Virus record (IMG/VR): IMGVR_UViG_3300021092_000008
DNA length: 64,000 nt
Direction: 5' to 3' (one strand)
Source of the DNA: a virus
Shown here: positions 27,301-36,910 of the stretch, one piece after another
Layout of the letters: every line of letters begins with the position of its first letter
How positions within the stretch are numbered: the stretch's first letter is position 1
Made by a program: the position numbers and the translations under genes
The notes under the pieces: generated by a model
What the model was told of the DNA's origin: nothing
Seen by the model: the letters and a program-made list of their open reading frames with translations, nothing else
The model's database searches: none

Positions 27301-30174
27301 TATAAATCTGCTTGGGTTACAGTTGGATCAACTCCAGATAATTTTGGAGCAGGTACTAATGAAGACGGTATTGCATATCTCGGATATCCCCCCCAAGATT
27401 TTACTCCAGATCCTTTTACTTTTACTCCCGTAACAAATGCTAGTCCAAATACTCAATATACTAGTGAAATTATACAAATAACTGGAATTACTGGAACTCT
27501 TCCTGTTTCTATTTCTAGTAATGGTTCCGCTCAACAAGTTAGAGTATGTACTACTGGACAAAGTAGTAGTTGTGGACCATTCGGATTTAGTGCTACCATA
27601 AAAAATAACGAGTATCTTCAAGTAAGAATGACAACTGGTGATCAATTTTTTACTGGATATACGATGACAATTACTGTAGGAACAGTAACTCAATTTTGGA
27701 CTATTGATACTGGATCTCCTCCAGATAATCTTCCAAATGACTTTTCAGTACCAAACTTAACAAATCAGGAACCTAATACAGCAGTAGACAGTAGTATTGT
27801 ACAAATTACTGGTATTAACAATCCTGTTACAATTACAGCTAGTAATGGTGCTCTAATTTCTATATGTAATGGCACTACTTGTGATGCTTTTGCTGCTTCT
27901 CCGAGAACTATTGCAAATGGTCAAGGATTTAAATTAAGAATTACTACGTCTTCATTATATTCCACCAGTGTAACTTCTCAAGTAGTAGTAGGTTCATCAC
28001 CAGCTGTCACTTGGACTGTATCAACAGGTGTTGTTCCTGATAACACACCAACTAGTTTCGCATTTATTAGCCTATCTAATCAAAATTTAAATACTACAGT
28101 TACTAGTAATTCTGCTACAATTCAGGCTATTGATAATACAATTCCTTTTTCAGTAACAAATAGTACTGGGCAGACTGGAACATTACCAACAATTGTAATT
28201 AATGATATCGATACTAATCTTTCATCTACAACTGTACAATTATTTGATGTTGTTAAATTAAGATATACTACATCTGGTATTGTTGGTGATTCAAAAACTT
28301 GGAATATAACAGCTGGAACTTTTACAACAACATGGACAGTAACAAATGCTGGTCAATTTGGAACATCACCAACTCCGTTTTTATTCCCAACTGTAATTGC
28401 TTCTGCCGTATCTACAAATACAAATAGCAATACAGTAACAATTGCTGGTTTAGGAACTTCTGTTGGAGCATATGCTACAAATGGTGCTAAGTTGAGTAAA
28501 AATGGAGCTGCTTTTAACACTTACACATCGACAACTCCTTTACTAGTAGCTAACGGAGATACTTTAAGAGTTCAGATATTATCTAGTGGAATAGCAGGAT
28601 TTTCTATAACAAGTGATGTTTTTGTTGGATCATATACAACAACATTTACAGTTGTCAGTCCAGCTCCAACACCCGATCCTATTTTAGGTCAATGGTATAG
28701 TGGGATAAATATGATCCAAAATGTTTCTGGTAATCAGATTAAATATGCTTCAAAATTTGATGGTTTACCTATCGGATCTATGATGCCTGTATTTAAAGAT
28801 GCTTCCCAAACAGATGGTTGGGGGAATTTAAATGGTAAAGCAGATTCTAGATTCCCTGGGTGGATTCTTTGTGATGGATCATATGTAAGTCCAACAGATT
28901 TCCCCGCTTTATACTCTATTCTTGGTACAACTTATGGTGCTTTAGGTGGTGGAGATTTTAGATTACCTGACATGAGAAATAAAAAACCAATGGGAACTGG
29001 TCCCGTTGATGGTAATGCTAGTTCTTCTCCTGCTTTAATTCCTGATTATGGACCAGCAAAAAATGCTACTAATAAATCTAATTTAATACCAGGGTCTCAT
29101 GGTGGATTGTGGTATATCGATCAAATAGCGGTTCCTAGTGCCCAAAGTGTTCCTCAGGTAAAAACTCCTGGTACAGGATTAACTGCAACAGAAAGTGATT
29201 ATTTCATCATTGGAACAATTTCCACAACTGGTTATACTAATGTCGTTGGTCAGATTGACTTTACTACAACTGGTCAAATATCTGCTAATGTATCTTTAAA
29301 AGCAACTAAATTATACGAAACTCCAACTCACACACACGTTATTTTATCAGGTCAACCAGACCCATCACTTGGAGGAAATGGATTTAAAGGTCTAGTGTAC
29401 TGGAGCTCTAATGGTGGTAGACAATCTCCAGCATCTTCGGGCATTGTGATTGGTAATCAACCTTCTGAATCAGTGGCTTCAGTTACAATTAACTTGTGGG
29501 GGTATATTATTAAACCGCCTGCTGGACACGTCCTATTAACTAGTTCTAATACAGTTCCAACTGCTCAGGATGCTAATTCTGATACAGTATGGTTACAAAA
29601 GGCAGAACCATGGGAACCATCTACTGGCGGATGTCTTACCATTAGCGGTCCTGGATATACAGGAAATCGTATTACCCAGGTGAGAACTACTGTACAATAT
29701 AAACAGCCAAATATTGGTAATATTGGAGACGCAAATTATGATGAAATCAATCAATTTATTAATCTAACATCAGAACCTTTCCCAACTAACGCTAGTGTTG
29801 TTAATAGCGGTGATAATTATAAAATGGTAGGAGCAGTTGATATTCCAACGAAGAATGTTAGTGTCGCTAGTTTTAATCCAGTTACAAAAAACAATCACAC
29901 TCATTATCTAAGTTTTTCTCCTATTGCCAACACAACTACAACGTTTAGCTATGGTAACGAAGATAATCACGGAACTGCTGCTGGTGGAGCGCCAACAAAT
30001 ACTTCTGTTACTATTATCAGAACTGCTGCTCAATTAGGATTAGAAGTACTACCAGGCAAATTTACTTTAAATGCCAATAAACAATTGATACCTACTCCAT
30101 CTTTATCGCCACAAAGTAAAGTTCCATTGATTACTCCATATATTTGGGTAAAATGGTTAATCAAAGCATATTAA
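24322..30174 (+). CDS. long tail fibre protein with internal polyglycine domain and C-terminal collar domain (1950 aa)
   Basis: repeated PD..P..F.F modules; Gly-rich segment; PIGSMMP...PGWILCDG...FPALYSILG...FRLPDMR; HTH metal-binding motifs. Confidence 0.85.
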   Translation: MPFSSTPVYVGAGDQIELRYPTPSTWNTTVNIQVQIGTGVDPTGITLGTRAPDSQPTTFSFTDNSGSINAAATTPGEFTSTFQKNTTYYSNPITVSGLELRVPISFSTSGSGPKGTYPNLSNAGFSINGGPYITTSTQSVVVTGNIINGSTTITNVSNAASLVVGRYISSTNISGEILNISGTSVTVTNPATATSSGVSLTQYYTVTNNDTVRLRIRTENWYTTNSNVTLTISDNYWGAGNAVSDTWSITTREQLQAITTLNTGSGTGTFIDYVDVDATEFGTYKTANILISGIDNDVVLRATCTGDGQISKNGTSWSQSLTQLKLGDTLFTRLLVGNGYTTKTTGSFSVFAVGGETATINSQSYENNNAGTYGSGSFARTQTIGSKQDDWQVWTEVDRYPTGVNFAPIYINTDSLPLSSVTSGGSGYVLNSIYTTTNTTTPSATGLTVKVAQVSVTGAIEAVQIVERGTGPYSIDDILTVNGGTVNGQVRLIQYRLVNVSTTSTLNNAEVGLTYYSDIAISGLGTEYTTGAYSNLEEPLITKTPSYTLPFTVPADLSGQPVSIGCTVSQGDGLIRKNGTGVWGTSVVVKNGDIVTIKQTSSTSYNTTKTSTIRLQGPPNGNPTGATITNPTAGPNPPSFVDKEATITIKTRSARTNPYPFRAQHVYQTELGTQYVRTVPISGLDLDTTATIVSQTPGSNAQISVDGINYFTTISIVPASTTTLYIRATSATAFATTQTIVYQCGTTQDTFRITTKRNQYTYNTFSPANTFYEYVIPQWADTIDFVLVGGGGGNGGDDYPNSFGGRGGNGNVMVGSINVAAIPWTDPINKAIKIFAPQRGNNGVNFSKSSAGGTGGFGYATGGNGGATASGEYSGSGGGGGGAAAITLADGTLIALAGGGAGGGGAGDDTVIQKLTQNGNYAGNGPNAIDSLVGLNLTGSAGTSASLSGGGGGGGGGGFGTGGSTNASLVDEFGGTLATVDLDANGGIGGGSYYKSAWVTVGSTPDNFGAGTNEDGIAYLGYPPQDFTPDPFTFTPVTNASPNTQYTSEIIQITGITGTLPVSISSNGSAQQVRVCTTGQSSSCGPFGFSATIKNNEYLQVRMTTGDQFFTGYTMTITVGTVTQFWTIDTGSPPDNLPNDFSVPNLTNQEPNTAVDSSIVQITGINNPVTITASNGALISICNGTTCDAFAASPRTIANGQGFKLRITTSSLYSTSVTSQVVVGSSPAVTWTVSTGVVPDNTPTSFAFISLSNQNLNTTVTSNSATIQAIDNTIPFSVTNSTGQTGTLPTIVINDIDTNLSSTTVQLFDVVKLRYTTSGIVGDSKTWNITAGTFTTTWTVTNAGQFGTSPTPFLFPTVIASAVSTNTNSNTVTIAGLGTSVGAYATNGAKLSKNGAAFNTYTSTTPLLVANGDTLRVQILSSGIAGFSITSDVFVGSYTTTFTVVSPAPTPDPILGQWYSGINMIQNVSGNQIKYASKFDGLPIGSMMPVFKDASQTDGWGNLNGKADSRFPGWILCDGSYVSPTDFPALYSILGTTYGALGGGDFRLPDMRNKKPMGTGPVDGNASSSPALIPDYGPAKNATNKSNLIPGSHGGLWYIDQIAVPSAQSVPQVKTPGTGLTATESDYFIIGTISTTGYTNVVGQIDFTTTGQISANVSLKATKLYETPTHTHVILSGQPDPSLGGNGFKGLVYWSSNGGRQSPASSGIVIGNQPSESVASVTINLWGYIIKPPAGHVLLTSSNTVPTAQDANSDTVWLQKAEPWEPSTGGCLTISGPGYTGNRITQVRTTVQYKQPNIGNIGDANYDEINQFINLTSEPFPTNASVVNSGDNYKMVGAVDIPTKNVSVASFNPVTKNNHTHYLSFSPIANTTTTFSYGNEDNHGTAAGGAPTNTSVTIIRTAAQLGLEVLPGKFTLNANKQLIPTPSLSPQSKVPLITPYIWVKWLIKAY

Positions 30175-30182
30175 AATAAATA
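30175..30182 (+). promoter_or_regulatory. late promoter
   Basis: AATAAATA. Confidence 0.55.
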
Positions 30183-30199
30183 ACAATAAAAGATTTAAA

Positions 30200-31141
30200 A
30201 TGTCAAAACCAGTTTTTAATCCAGATGATTTTGTTTTTCAAAAATTAGAATTGCCTGAGGATAATCCAACTTTAATAGAATATGACGCTAAAGCTAGATT
30301 AATTTACGTTAGAGTAAAGGATCCATCTACAAAAGAGTATGAGTATAATGCTGTCCATCTGTCAGAAGTCGTTAATAATAATTTGTTGACATATTTACCT
30401 GATGAATGGACGAATGAAAATGATAGAATATTGTTATTTGCTGTTCATGAAAATGGTAAATCTCTTTTGGAAAAAGAAAAATTAAAATATAATTTTGAAA
30501 CAAAAGAAACATATTGGGTTAGATACGAATATAAAAATTTTAGTCAGTCTGATGCCAAAGAAATTTTTGATGCCTTAAAAGCAGCAGTCTTTTTACAAAA
30601 TGCTAAGAATGAAAATGCTAGAAATAGTTCTCTAGTTTCTTTAGCTAAAAAAGATGTTTTTCTAGATCGTATGTACGTTCAAACTCTTCAAGAATCTGAA
30701 CGAATGCTTAGAGAAACTGATTGGAGAATTTTGGATGACGCCCCACAAAGGTTTGATGGTGAAAGAGAATTGTGGAAACAATGGAGGCAAAAAATTAGAA
30801 ATTCTCCAAAGAAACCAGAAGAATTTGAAACTGATTTAGATTTTCTTATCTATAAAGAAGAATTTAAATGGCCAATTAATCCAGAACAATACCATCAGAT
30901 GTACCCAAATAATGATGTTGAATATCTTTCAACATCAGAACAGTTTGTTTTTGCTGACACTTCAATGACTGAAGATAAAGTAAATATTTACGATGAGAAA
31001 CTGAACTTGGCTATCAAAACATTTAAATACAATGAAGAAAACGGTATACCAATCAATAAAGAAATGTATGATATTATCAGAAGATATTCTTTGTTAGAAA
31101 ATATTGATGATATCAAATTAAATGTAGGAGAAGATCAATGA
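30200..31141 (+). CDS. tail fibre assembly chaperone-domain protein
   Basis: L.ETDW..L.DAP...W..WRQ.IR..P motif. Confidence 0.75.
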   Translation: MSKPVFNPDDFVFQKLELPEDNPTLIEYDAKARLIYVRVKDPSTKEYEYNAVHLSEVVNNNLLTYLPDEWTNENDRILLFAVHENGKSLLEKEKLKYNFETKETYWVRYEYKNFSQSDAKEIFDALKAAVFLQNAKNENARNSSLVSLAKKDVFLDRMYVQTLQESERMLRETDWRILDDAPQRFDGERELWKQWRQKIRNSPKKPEEFETDLDFLIYKEEFKWPINPEQYHQMYPNNDVEYLSTSEQFVFADTSMTEDKVNIYDEKLNLAIKTFKYNEENGIPINKEMYDIIRRYSLLENIDDIKLNVGEDQ

Positions 31142-31518
31142 TAGCTAGGGATTTTGTAGAATTTATTATTGAATGGACTGAAGCATTAAATAAAACTTTA
31201 ATGGTTATCAGAACAACAGGACCAGATAGTGCTACTGATGTTGAAAAAGTAAATCACATTTATTCTGTTTATAAATCAAATTTTGAATCAGATCGAGTTG
31301 ATTTCTTTAATAAATTTTTGTATAATGAATTTACTTTCTTAGAATTTGATTCCGAAGAAGAAGCATATGACTTTGGAATTCAAAATTTTCCAATGAATAA
31401 AAATGGAGATATGGATTTCTTTGTTCAGTTTTTTATATTCAGTAATGGCAATTTAGCTTATGCTAACGATTCATTATCTGGATTGTCTGACAGAATACCA
31501 CCACCACGAACCAGTTGA
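31138..31518 (+). CDS. hypothetical protein
   Basis: AGGAG RBS; ATGA overlap. Confidence 0.75.
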   Translation: MIARDFVEFIIEWTEALNKTLMVIRTTGPDSATDVEKVNHIYSVYKSNFESDRVDFFNKFLYNEFTFLEFDSEEEAYDFGIQNFPMNKNGDMDFFVQFFIFSNGNLAYANDSLSGLSDRIPPPRTS

Positions 31519-31565
31519 ATAATTGGCATAAGGGTCTTGACAGACCCCTTTTTTTATGCCATACT
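31508..31565 (+). promoter_or_regulatory. early promoter with 8-6-8 palindrome; -35 box sits inside a terminator hairpin
   Basis: GAACCAGT-N6-ATTGGCAT; TTGACA(31537)-17-CATACT; GGGTCT-TGAC-AGACCC followed by a T-run. Confidence 0.75.
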
Positions 31566-31590
31566 ATCTGTATTGACATTTCACCTCGTT

Positions 31591-32829
31591 ATGTTGCTTC
31601 GTCCTCACCAACAGAGTGGTTGTGCTGCTATGGAGCAGTATAACATCGGTCAACTGCTCATGCCTACGGGCGCTGGCAAGACCCCTACAATGATTCATGA
31701 CTGTATTCGTGTGTTTGACACTGTAGACGCCGCTACGGTCGTTGTGGTCGCTCCTAGGATCCTTCTGGCAGAGCAACTGTCTGCTGAGTTTCTTGAGCAC
31801 ATTACTAACGCTTCTGTACTTCATATTCATAGTGGTGAAACTCACCACTTCAAGACTACTAACCCCAATGTAATCAGTCAATGGGTGGAGAGTCATAAGT
31901 CCCACAACAAACTTATTTTCACAACCTATAACTCTCTTATTCGGGTTCAGCAGTCTGGCATTGATGTCCACACTGTCTATTGTGACGAGGCACATAATTC
32001 TATCAAGAAGAATTTCTTTCCTGCTATAGAATATTTTTCTGGTGCTGCTGATCGTTGCTATTTCTTTACTGCCACTCCTAAGCATTCCAACACTATGTCT
32101 AAACCAGGCATGAATGATATTGATGTATACGGTAAGGTTATCTGTGATGTTCCTGCTACCGATATGGTCAAGCAAGGTTATATTCTTCCTCCTACCGTTG
32201 TTCCTTACGTTGTTGATTACGAACGTTTGAAAGGTGATCTTGCTGCTAGCAGCGATCATGTTACTCTCGTTAATATTATCGACGAACTGGATGAGGATGC
32301 TGCTTCTAAAATTCTGGTGGCAGTTCCTAGCAGCAAAGTGATGTGGAATCTGCTGTCTCAAACTACTATTCTCAATGACCTTGAAGATCGTGGTTATGAT
32401 GTGCTTCATATCACTAGCAAGTATGGTGCTTGGGTTAACAAAACCAAAGTCAACCGTGAGGTATTCTTTGATACGTTCAATGCTTGGGGCAAAGATCCCA
32501 ACCGTAAATTTGTAATTTTCCATTATAGCATTCTTGCTGAGGGTATCAACGTTCATGGTCTGACTCACACCATTCTGCTCCGTACTCTTGATGTCATCGA
32601 GATGGCACAGACTATCGGTAGGGTTATCCGTCTCAATAAAGACGATGCTGCTGACCTTTCTAGTGGTAGAATTGCTGTTGGTGACTATGCTATGTACCGT
32701 AAACCCACTGGTTTTGTGACTGTTCCTGTGTTCAAGAACTATGGTGATCGTACTATCAAACGTCTTCAGAACCTTGTCGATACTATTTTCGTTCAAGGCA
32801 AACCCGCTGTTTCTGTGGTCAACCGATGA
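31591..32829 (+). CDS. SF2 DEAH helicase (type III Res-like)
   Basis: LRPHQ, PTGAGKT, DEAH, TATP, EGI.V, QTIGRVIR; ATG at 31591 lies downstream of the promoter. Confidence 0.9.
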   Translation: MLLRPHQQSGCAAMEQYNIGQLLMPTGAGKTPTMIHDCIRVFDTVDAATVVVVAPRILLAEQLSAEFLEHITNASVLHIHSGETHHFKTTNPNVISQWVESHKSHNKLIFTTYNSLIRVQQSGIDVHTVYCDEAHNSIKKNFFPAIEYFSGAADRCYFFTATPKHSNTMSKPGMNDIDVYGKVICDVPATDMVKQGYILPPTVVPYVVDYERLKGDLAASSDHVTLVNIIDELDEDAASKILVAVPSSKVMWNLLSQTTILNDLEDRGYDVLHITSKYGAWVNKTKVNREVFFDTFNAWGKDPNRKFVIFHYSILAEGINVHGLTHTILLRTLDVIEMAQTIGRVIRLNKDDAADLSSGRIAVGDYAMYRKPTGFVTVPVFKNYGDRTIKRLQNLVDTIFVQGKPAVSVVNR

Positions 32830-33824
32830 CTAAACTTACTAAACTTACCCGTAAAATCGATTACAAAGACCAGTTGCTGACATACAAGCAACTGGAAGGT
32901 GTGGTTGCTCGTAAGCATATTCTTACTGGATCAGCTGCTGAGATTATCAACAATTCAAAAATCAACGATTTTGGATGGGAATCAGCAGCACTGGCATATT
33001 CTACCTTCACAACAGATGAGCGAGCAGATATTCGTAAATCTGGGCAGCAACTCGCTAAAGGTTACTACAATCCTACAACTGAGACAATTGATTCTCCTAA
33101 TGTTCAACCTACGAATGATAGGGGTATTCTTGTAACTCAAATGTATCTCAATCAGGATCGTTGCTGTGCTTACAGTGGTGATGGTCCTTACCATATTCTA
33201 GATTTTCAGGTAGAACATATTAATCCTAGTGGTGGCGACCACCCAGACAACATTGTACTTGTTCTCGCTAATGTAAATGAGAATAAAAAGCAATCTGTAG
33301 AGAGCTTCCTTGAACGTTGTGAACAGCGTTATAACATGGGAGAACTTGAATATGCCAAATGGTATAAGGATATGAAAGATGCTGTCAAACGTGGGCAGAA
33401 AAAGAAATCTGAAATTCTCTCCATGAATGAGGATGAGTTACGAACATACTGGTTGACACGTACAACACCAAAGTATGACAAATATGTGTGGCGTAATATT
33501 GGTATGTCATCTCTCAGTGAGTTTCGTATCCTGAAAAAAACAGGAGAGGAACGTAAAGGTGGTAGTCAAGGTAACTATGTGGACATTCTAAGCACTATTG
33601 CTGCTGAATATCTGTTTGGCGATCCTGATCTGGCACGAGAAATTTATAAATCTGCTAGGTTATTTCGTAGTACTTATTTGAATGGAAAGATTCAAAACGA
33701 TGTCTATGCTATTCTTACCACAGAAATCATAGAGTTGTCAAATCACATCTATCCAAGTTATAATAGAGACAAATTTATTGCTAACATCATCCGAAACAAT
33801 TATACATGGCAACATCTAAACTGA
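32826..33824 (+). CDS. HNH endonuclease
   Basis: Q..RCAYSG...VEHI.P.GG.....N.VL....VN..K. Confidence 0.75.
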   Translation: MTKLTKLTRKIDYKDQLLTYKQLEGVVARKHILTGSAAEIINNSKINDFGWESAALAYSTFTTDERADIRKSGQQLAKGYYNPTTETIDSPNVQPTNDRGILVTQMYLNQDRCCAYSGDGPYHILDFQVEHINPSGGDHPDNIVLVLANVNENKKQSVESFLERCEQRYNMGELEYAKWYKDMKDAVKRGQKKKSEILSMNEDELRTYWLTRTTPKYDKYVWRNIGMSSLSEFRILKKTGEERKGGSQGNYVDILSTIAAEYLFGDPDLAREIYKSARLFRSTYLNGKIQNDVYAILTTEIIELSNHIYPSYNRDKFIANIIRNNYTWQHLN

Positions 33825-34645
33825 CTAACCATTCCCTGTATCGTTACGCTGGTGGTAAGAACAGGATGAAAAAAGATTTGATTCAGATTATCAAGGATGT
33901 AAATCCTGGTTTGACCAAGATTGTAGCGCCATTTATGGGTGGAGGATCAACTGAGATTCTGATGGCAGCACAAGGTATCAAGGTGCAATCGTATGATATT
34001 TTTCGACCGCTAGCAGACTTCTGGGAGATCGTCACGGCAGGTGGCGGCGGGCGAATCGCTGATGAAGTGACCAAGCATTACCCATTAATTGATAGCAATC
34101 ACTATAAATCCTTCCTTCCGTTGTTGGATAGTGAGGATAAGTTCATCAGAGCGTGGGCATTTTACATTGCAATCAAGGGTTCGTACTCAGGTAAGATCGG
34201 ATGTTCTACCGTTAAGTCTAGAGCAGAGTTCAGACTTGTGGGAATTGATAAACTTAGGAATTTTTATAACCCGAACCTGTCGTTTGCCTACGGTAGTTGC
34301 TTCGACACGATTCCAAAGCACAAAAATGACTTCTTGTATCTGGATCCACCATATTACGAGACTGTTAGCCACTATTATGGTAAAGATGGTGCCCTTCACA
34401 AATCATTTGATCACGAAGCATTCTGTGATACTTTGAAGCAACACAAAGGTGGGTTCGTGATGTCTTATGACAACAGTGATGCTGTTCGTGAACTCTATCA
34501 AGGGTGGACAGAATTCAGGTATCTTACATTCCCTTATCAAATGTCGGGCACCAAACGTTACGATAAAACTGAATTGGTGATTGTCAAGCATCCAGAGCAC
34601 TCTATACAAAAACCACAAACTGTGCTAGAATCTTTCATGGTATAA
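33806..34645 (+). CDS. dam: D12-class N6-adenine DNA methyltransferase (Dam-like)
   Basis: RYAGGK, PFMGGGS, YLDPPY, MSY motifs. Confidence 0.9.
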   Translation: MATSKLTNHSLYRYAGGKNRMKKDLIQIIKDVNPGLTKIVAPFMGGGSTEILMAAQGIKVQSYDIFRPLADFWEIVTAGGGGRIADEVTKHYPLIDSNHYKSFLPLLDSEDKFIRAWAFYIAIKGSYSGKIGCSTVKSRAEFRLVGIDKLRNFYNPNLSFAYGSCFDTIPKHKNDFLYLDPPYYETVSHYYGKDGALHKSFDHEAFCDTLKQHKGGFVMSYDNSDAVRELYQGWTEFRYLTFPYQMSGTKRYDKTELVIVKHPEHSIQKPQTVLESFMV

Positions 34646-34677
34646 TTCTCATATATAACGTGTAACGGAAAATAATT

Positions 34678-34938
34678 ATGCTTAATATTTACTACTATAT
34701 TATCTTTACTATATTTGCTGTAATAGCATATATGATGATTGTAGATGAAAATGTAGTTAGATATATTGAGATTATGTTTCAACTCTTCGTTATCAACTTG
34801 AAAAGATTATATTATATGGTTGTTTTTCATCCAGATAATAAACTTACCACCTGGAGTATGAATTATAAATTCAATCGAATGACTCGTAAACTACAAAAAG
34901 AAATGGAACAAAATGACTCATCACGACCTATTGATTGA
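34678..34938 (+). CDS. membrane-anchored hypothetical protein
   Basis: N-terminal hydrophobic segment; TGGTATAAT upstream. Confidence 0.7.
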   Translation: MLNIYYYIIFTIFAVIAYMMIVDENVVRYIEIMFQLFVINLKRLYYMVVFHPDNKLTTWSMNYKFNRMTRKLQKEMEQNDSSRPID

Positions 34939-35141
34939 TGATTAACATGACGCATTACGATAAATTAATTGACACGCTCATTATGCATCTCTATGATGCA
35001 TGGGAGCACAAATATTGGGATGAGCAGCTAGCAAAAAGAAAAGCACATGAGATTCTAACAACTGTGGAAGCATTTCAACAAAACCGTGTCTTAACAACTA
35101 CAGACACATCTGTATATGCACAATGGAGGGCAAGTGACTAA
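34935..35141 (+). CDS. hypothetical protein
   Basis: ORF in tightly packed run. Confidence 0.6.
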   Translation: MMINMTHYDKLIDTLIMHLYDAWEHKYWDEQLAKRKAHEILTTVEAFQQNRVLTTTDTSVYAQWRASD

Positions 35142-35352
35142 TTCTAAATTTCCATATGAAACGTTTCCATATCGTTTAGATATTAAAAAAGAAAATAGAG
35201 TTTGCTGGTTTATTCACGAAGAACATTTAAATAAACTTATTGAACGAGAAAAATTAAATCCTAAAAATTATGAAGTATCCACGAATGGTGTGGCGTTGGT
35301 GGGCAAAGTCACTGGGTCAAAAAGCAAGCGACAACGACAACGAAGCAGATAA
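35134..35352 (+). CDS. hypothetical protein
   Basis: GGAGG RBS, GTG start; FPYETFPYRL...CWF. Confidence 0.6.
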   Translation: MTNSKFPYETFPYRLDIKKENRVCWFIHEEHLNKLIEREKLNPKNYEVSTNGVALVGKVTGSKSKRQRQRSR

Positions 35353-35599
35353 GGTTGCTATCATTCGCACTCTTATGTTTGCTACATATCTTGTCACAAA
35401 TGCTTTTATTATAGCAGGTGTGGTGAGACACTGGAATGACAATCAAATTAATGTTGAGGTAGAAGTCTATGAAAATTCAAACTATTCTGAAAAGTTACAC
35501 TCAGAAAGACGGCACAACTTGGGAGTGGATGGAAACACCAGAATTGAGGGCGTATATCGCTCAGGAGCAATCAAAAATCGCACTGGGGAATTTGAATGA
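35270..35599 (+). CDS. hypothetical membrane protein
   Basis: WRWWAKSLG...ADKVAIIRT plus one TM segment; start uncertain. Confidence 0.6.
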   Translation: MKYPRMVWRWWAKSLGQKASDNDNEADKVAIIRTLMFATYLVTNAFIIAGVVRHWNDNQINVEVEVYENSNYSEKLHSERRHNLGVDGNTRIEGVYRSGAIKNRTGEFE

Positions 35600-35644
35600 G
35601 CGCCCAAAACGAGTATCCTAAAATTATGGAATAGGAGAGAATAG

Positions 35645-36295
35645 TTGTATAAAGTATTTTATTCACCTATAAAACCACCAAATGCTGATGGACATGATAT
35701 TTTATCCGAAAGAGATTTAGAACCATCTGAACATCATCATTATCACAACTGTCCTGTTTGGAAACATAAACATAATAGAACGTTTGTGGCTGTATCACCA
35801 ATAGATTTTGAAATAAAAATAAATGGTGAATATTTAGATTATGAGATGAATCCTCTTTATGGCAAAATGATTACGGATGCTGATGAATTAGATTCACAGC
35901 ATCCTGTTTTACAATTATCATTTCCATTATATTATTTTTGGACCGAAGAAAAAAATCTTTGGGTTGAAATGTTAGATCATCCAATGACTTCTTATAACAA
36001 TAATATGATTGTTATTGGTGGATGGTGGAATCTTTTTAATCATCCGAGGTCAGTAAGCACAGCGGTCAAATATGTCAATAAAGATAATTCTATCATCATT
36101 AAAAAGGGAGATCCTTTATATAGAATCAGATTCTATGGAGAAGATCTAAATTCAGGAGTGAAATTACTTCATTCTAAAGATGTCCCTAAACATATTATAG
36201 ATCAACGTATCGTATCAAAACCATCAAATTCTAATAGATCAACGTTACACAGACGGTTATTTTCCAAGCAATGTCCTTTTAAGAATTTTTTATGA
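35645..36295 (+). CDS. hypothetical protein (CP...CPF type)
   Basis: AGGAG RBS, TTG start, 216 aa. Confidence 0.75.
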   Translation: MYKVFYSPIKPPNADGHDILSERDLEPSEHHHYHNCPVWKHKHNRTFVAVSPIDFEIKINGEYLDYEMNPLYGKMITDADELDSQHPVLQLSFPLYYFWTEEKNLWVEMLDHPMTSYNNNMIVIGGWWNLFNHPRSVSTAVKYVNKDNSIIIKKGDPLYRIRFYGEDLNSGVKLLHSKDVPKHIIDQRIVSKPSNSNRSTLHRRLFSKQCPFKNFL

Positions 36296-36645
36296 AAACT
36301 AAACTCAGCTGGTTTGAGTATTATATTGGTCATTGTTGGATGACTGGTTGGCAATCAATTCGTGGGTCGTTCCGTATCTGGGCAGACTTGATGACGGGAA
36401 ACTATAAGGACTATGCCCTGATGTGGTATGATGATCCTTATGAAGAATGTGTAGATTGGTTCTGGGGTTCTTTAGGTGATGATGATACCTTACCTAAAGA
36501 ATTCCTTGAGCATTTACTGGAAATGTGTGATAGAATAGATAAAGGTCAAGAAGAACTCATTCCTGCAGATGAAGATTTTTTTGATAGAATGAAAGACCTC
36601 CTAAAAGATGTAGAGCTAGAAAAATATGAAACTGATACAATTTAA
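36292..36645 (+). CDS. hypothetical protein
   Basis: ORF with ATGA overlap. Confidence 0.75.
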   Translation: MKTKLSWFEYYIGHCWMTGWQSIRGSFRIWADLMTGNYKDYALMWYDDPYEECVDWFWGSLGDDDTLPKEFLEHLLEMCDRIDKGQEELIPADEDFFDRMKDLLKDVELEKYETDTI

Positions 36646-36910
36646 ACACTGGTATGATTATGGGCATGAATGGTGTGTCCAAATTTTCAATACATCTAAG
36701 CATTATCCAAAAAATTTAAAATTATTATCATTACTACAGCTTTCTGTAGGATGGTGTGATTTTCCTTCTGGACCATATTTACAAATACATATGGGTCAGG
36801 GAAGATTGTTTGGTATGATATTTTTTGCCTATAAATTTACATTTGATATTGACATCTTAGCACCAACATGGCATAGAAGCTATGACTCTTTCTTTGAGGA
36901 TGAGAAATGA
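36626..36910 (+). CDS. hypothetical protein
   Basis: ORF in packed run. Confidence 0.65.
   Translation: MKLIQFKHWYDYGHEWCVQIFNTSKHYPKNLKLLSLLQLSVGWCDFPSGPYLQIHMGQGRLFGMIFFAYKFTFDIDILAPTWHRSYDSFFEDEK

Noticed and set aside
31564-32796. 410-aa antisense ORF as a real overlapping gene
   Set aside because: It is in register with the helicase, explained by absence of TTA/CTA/TCA codons, and shows no recognisable motifs.
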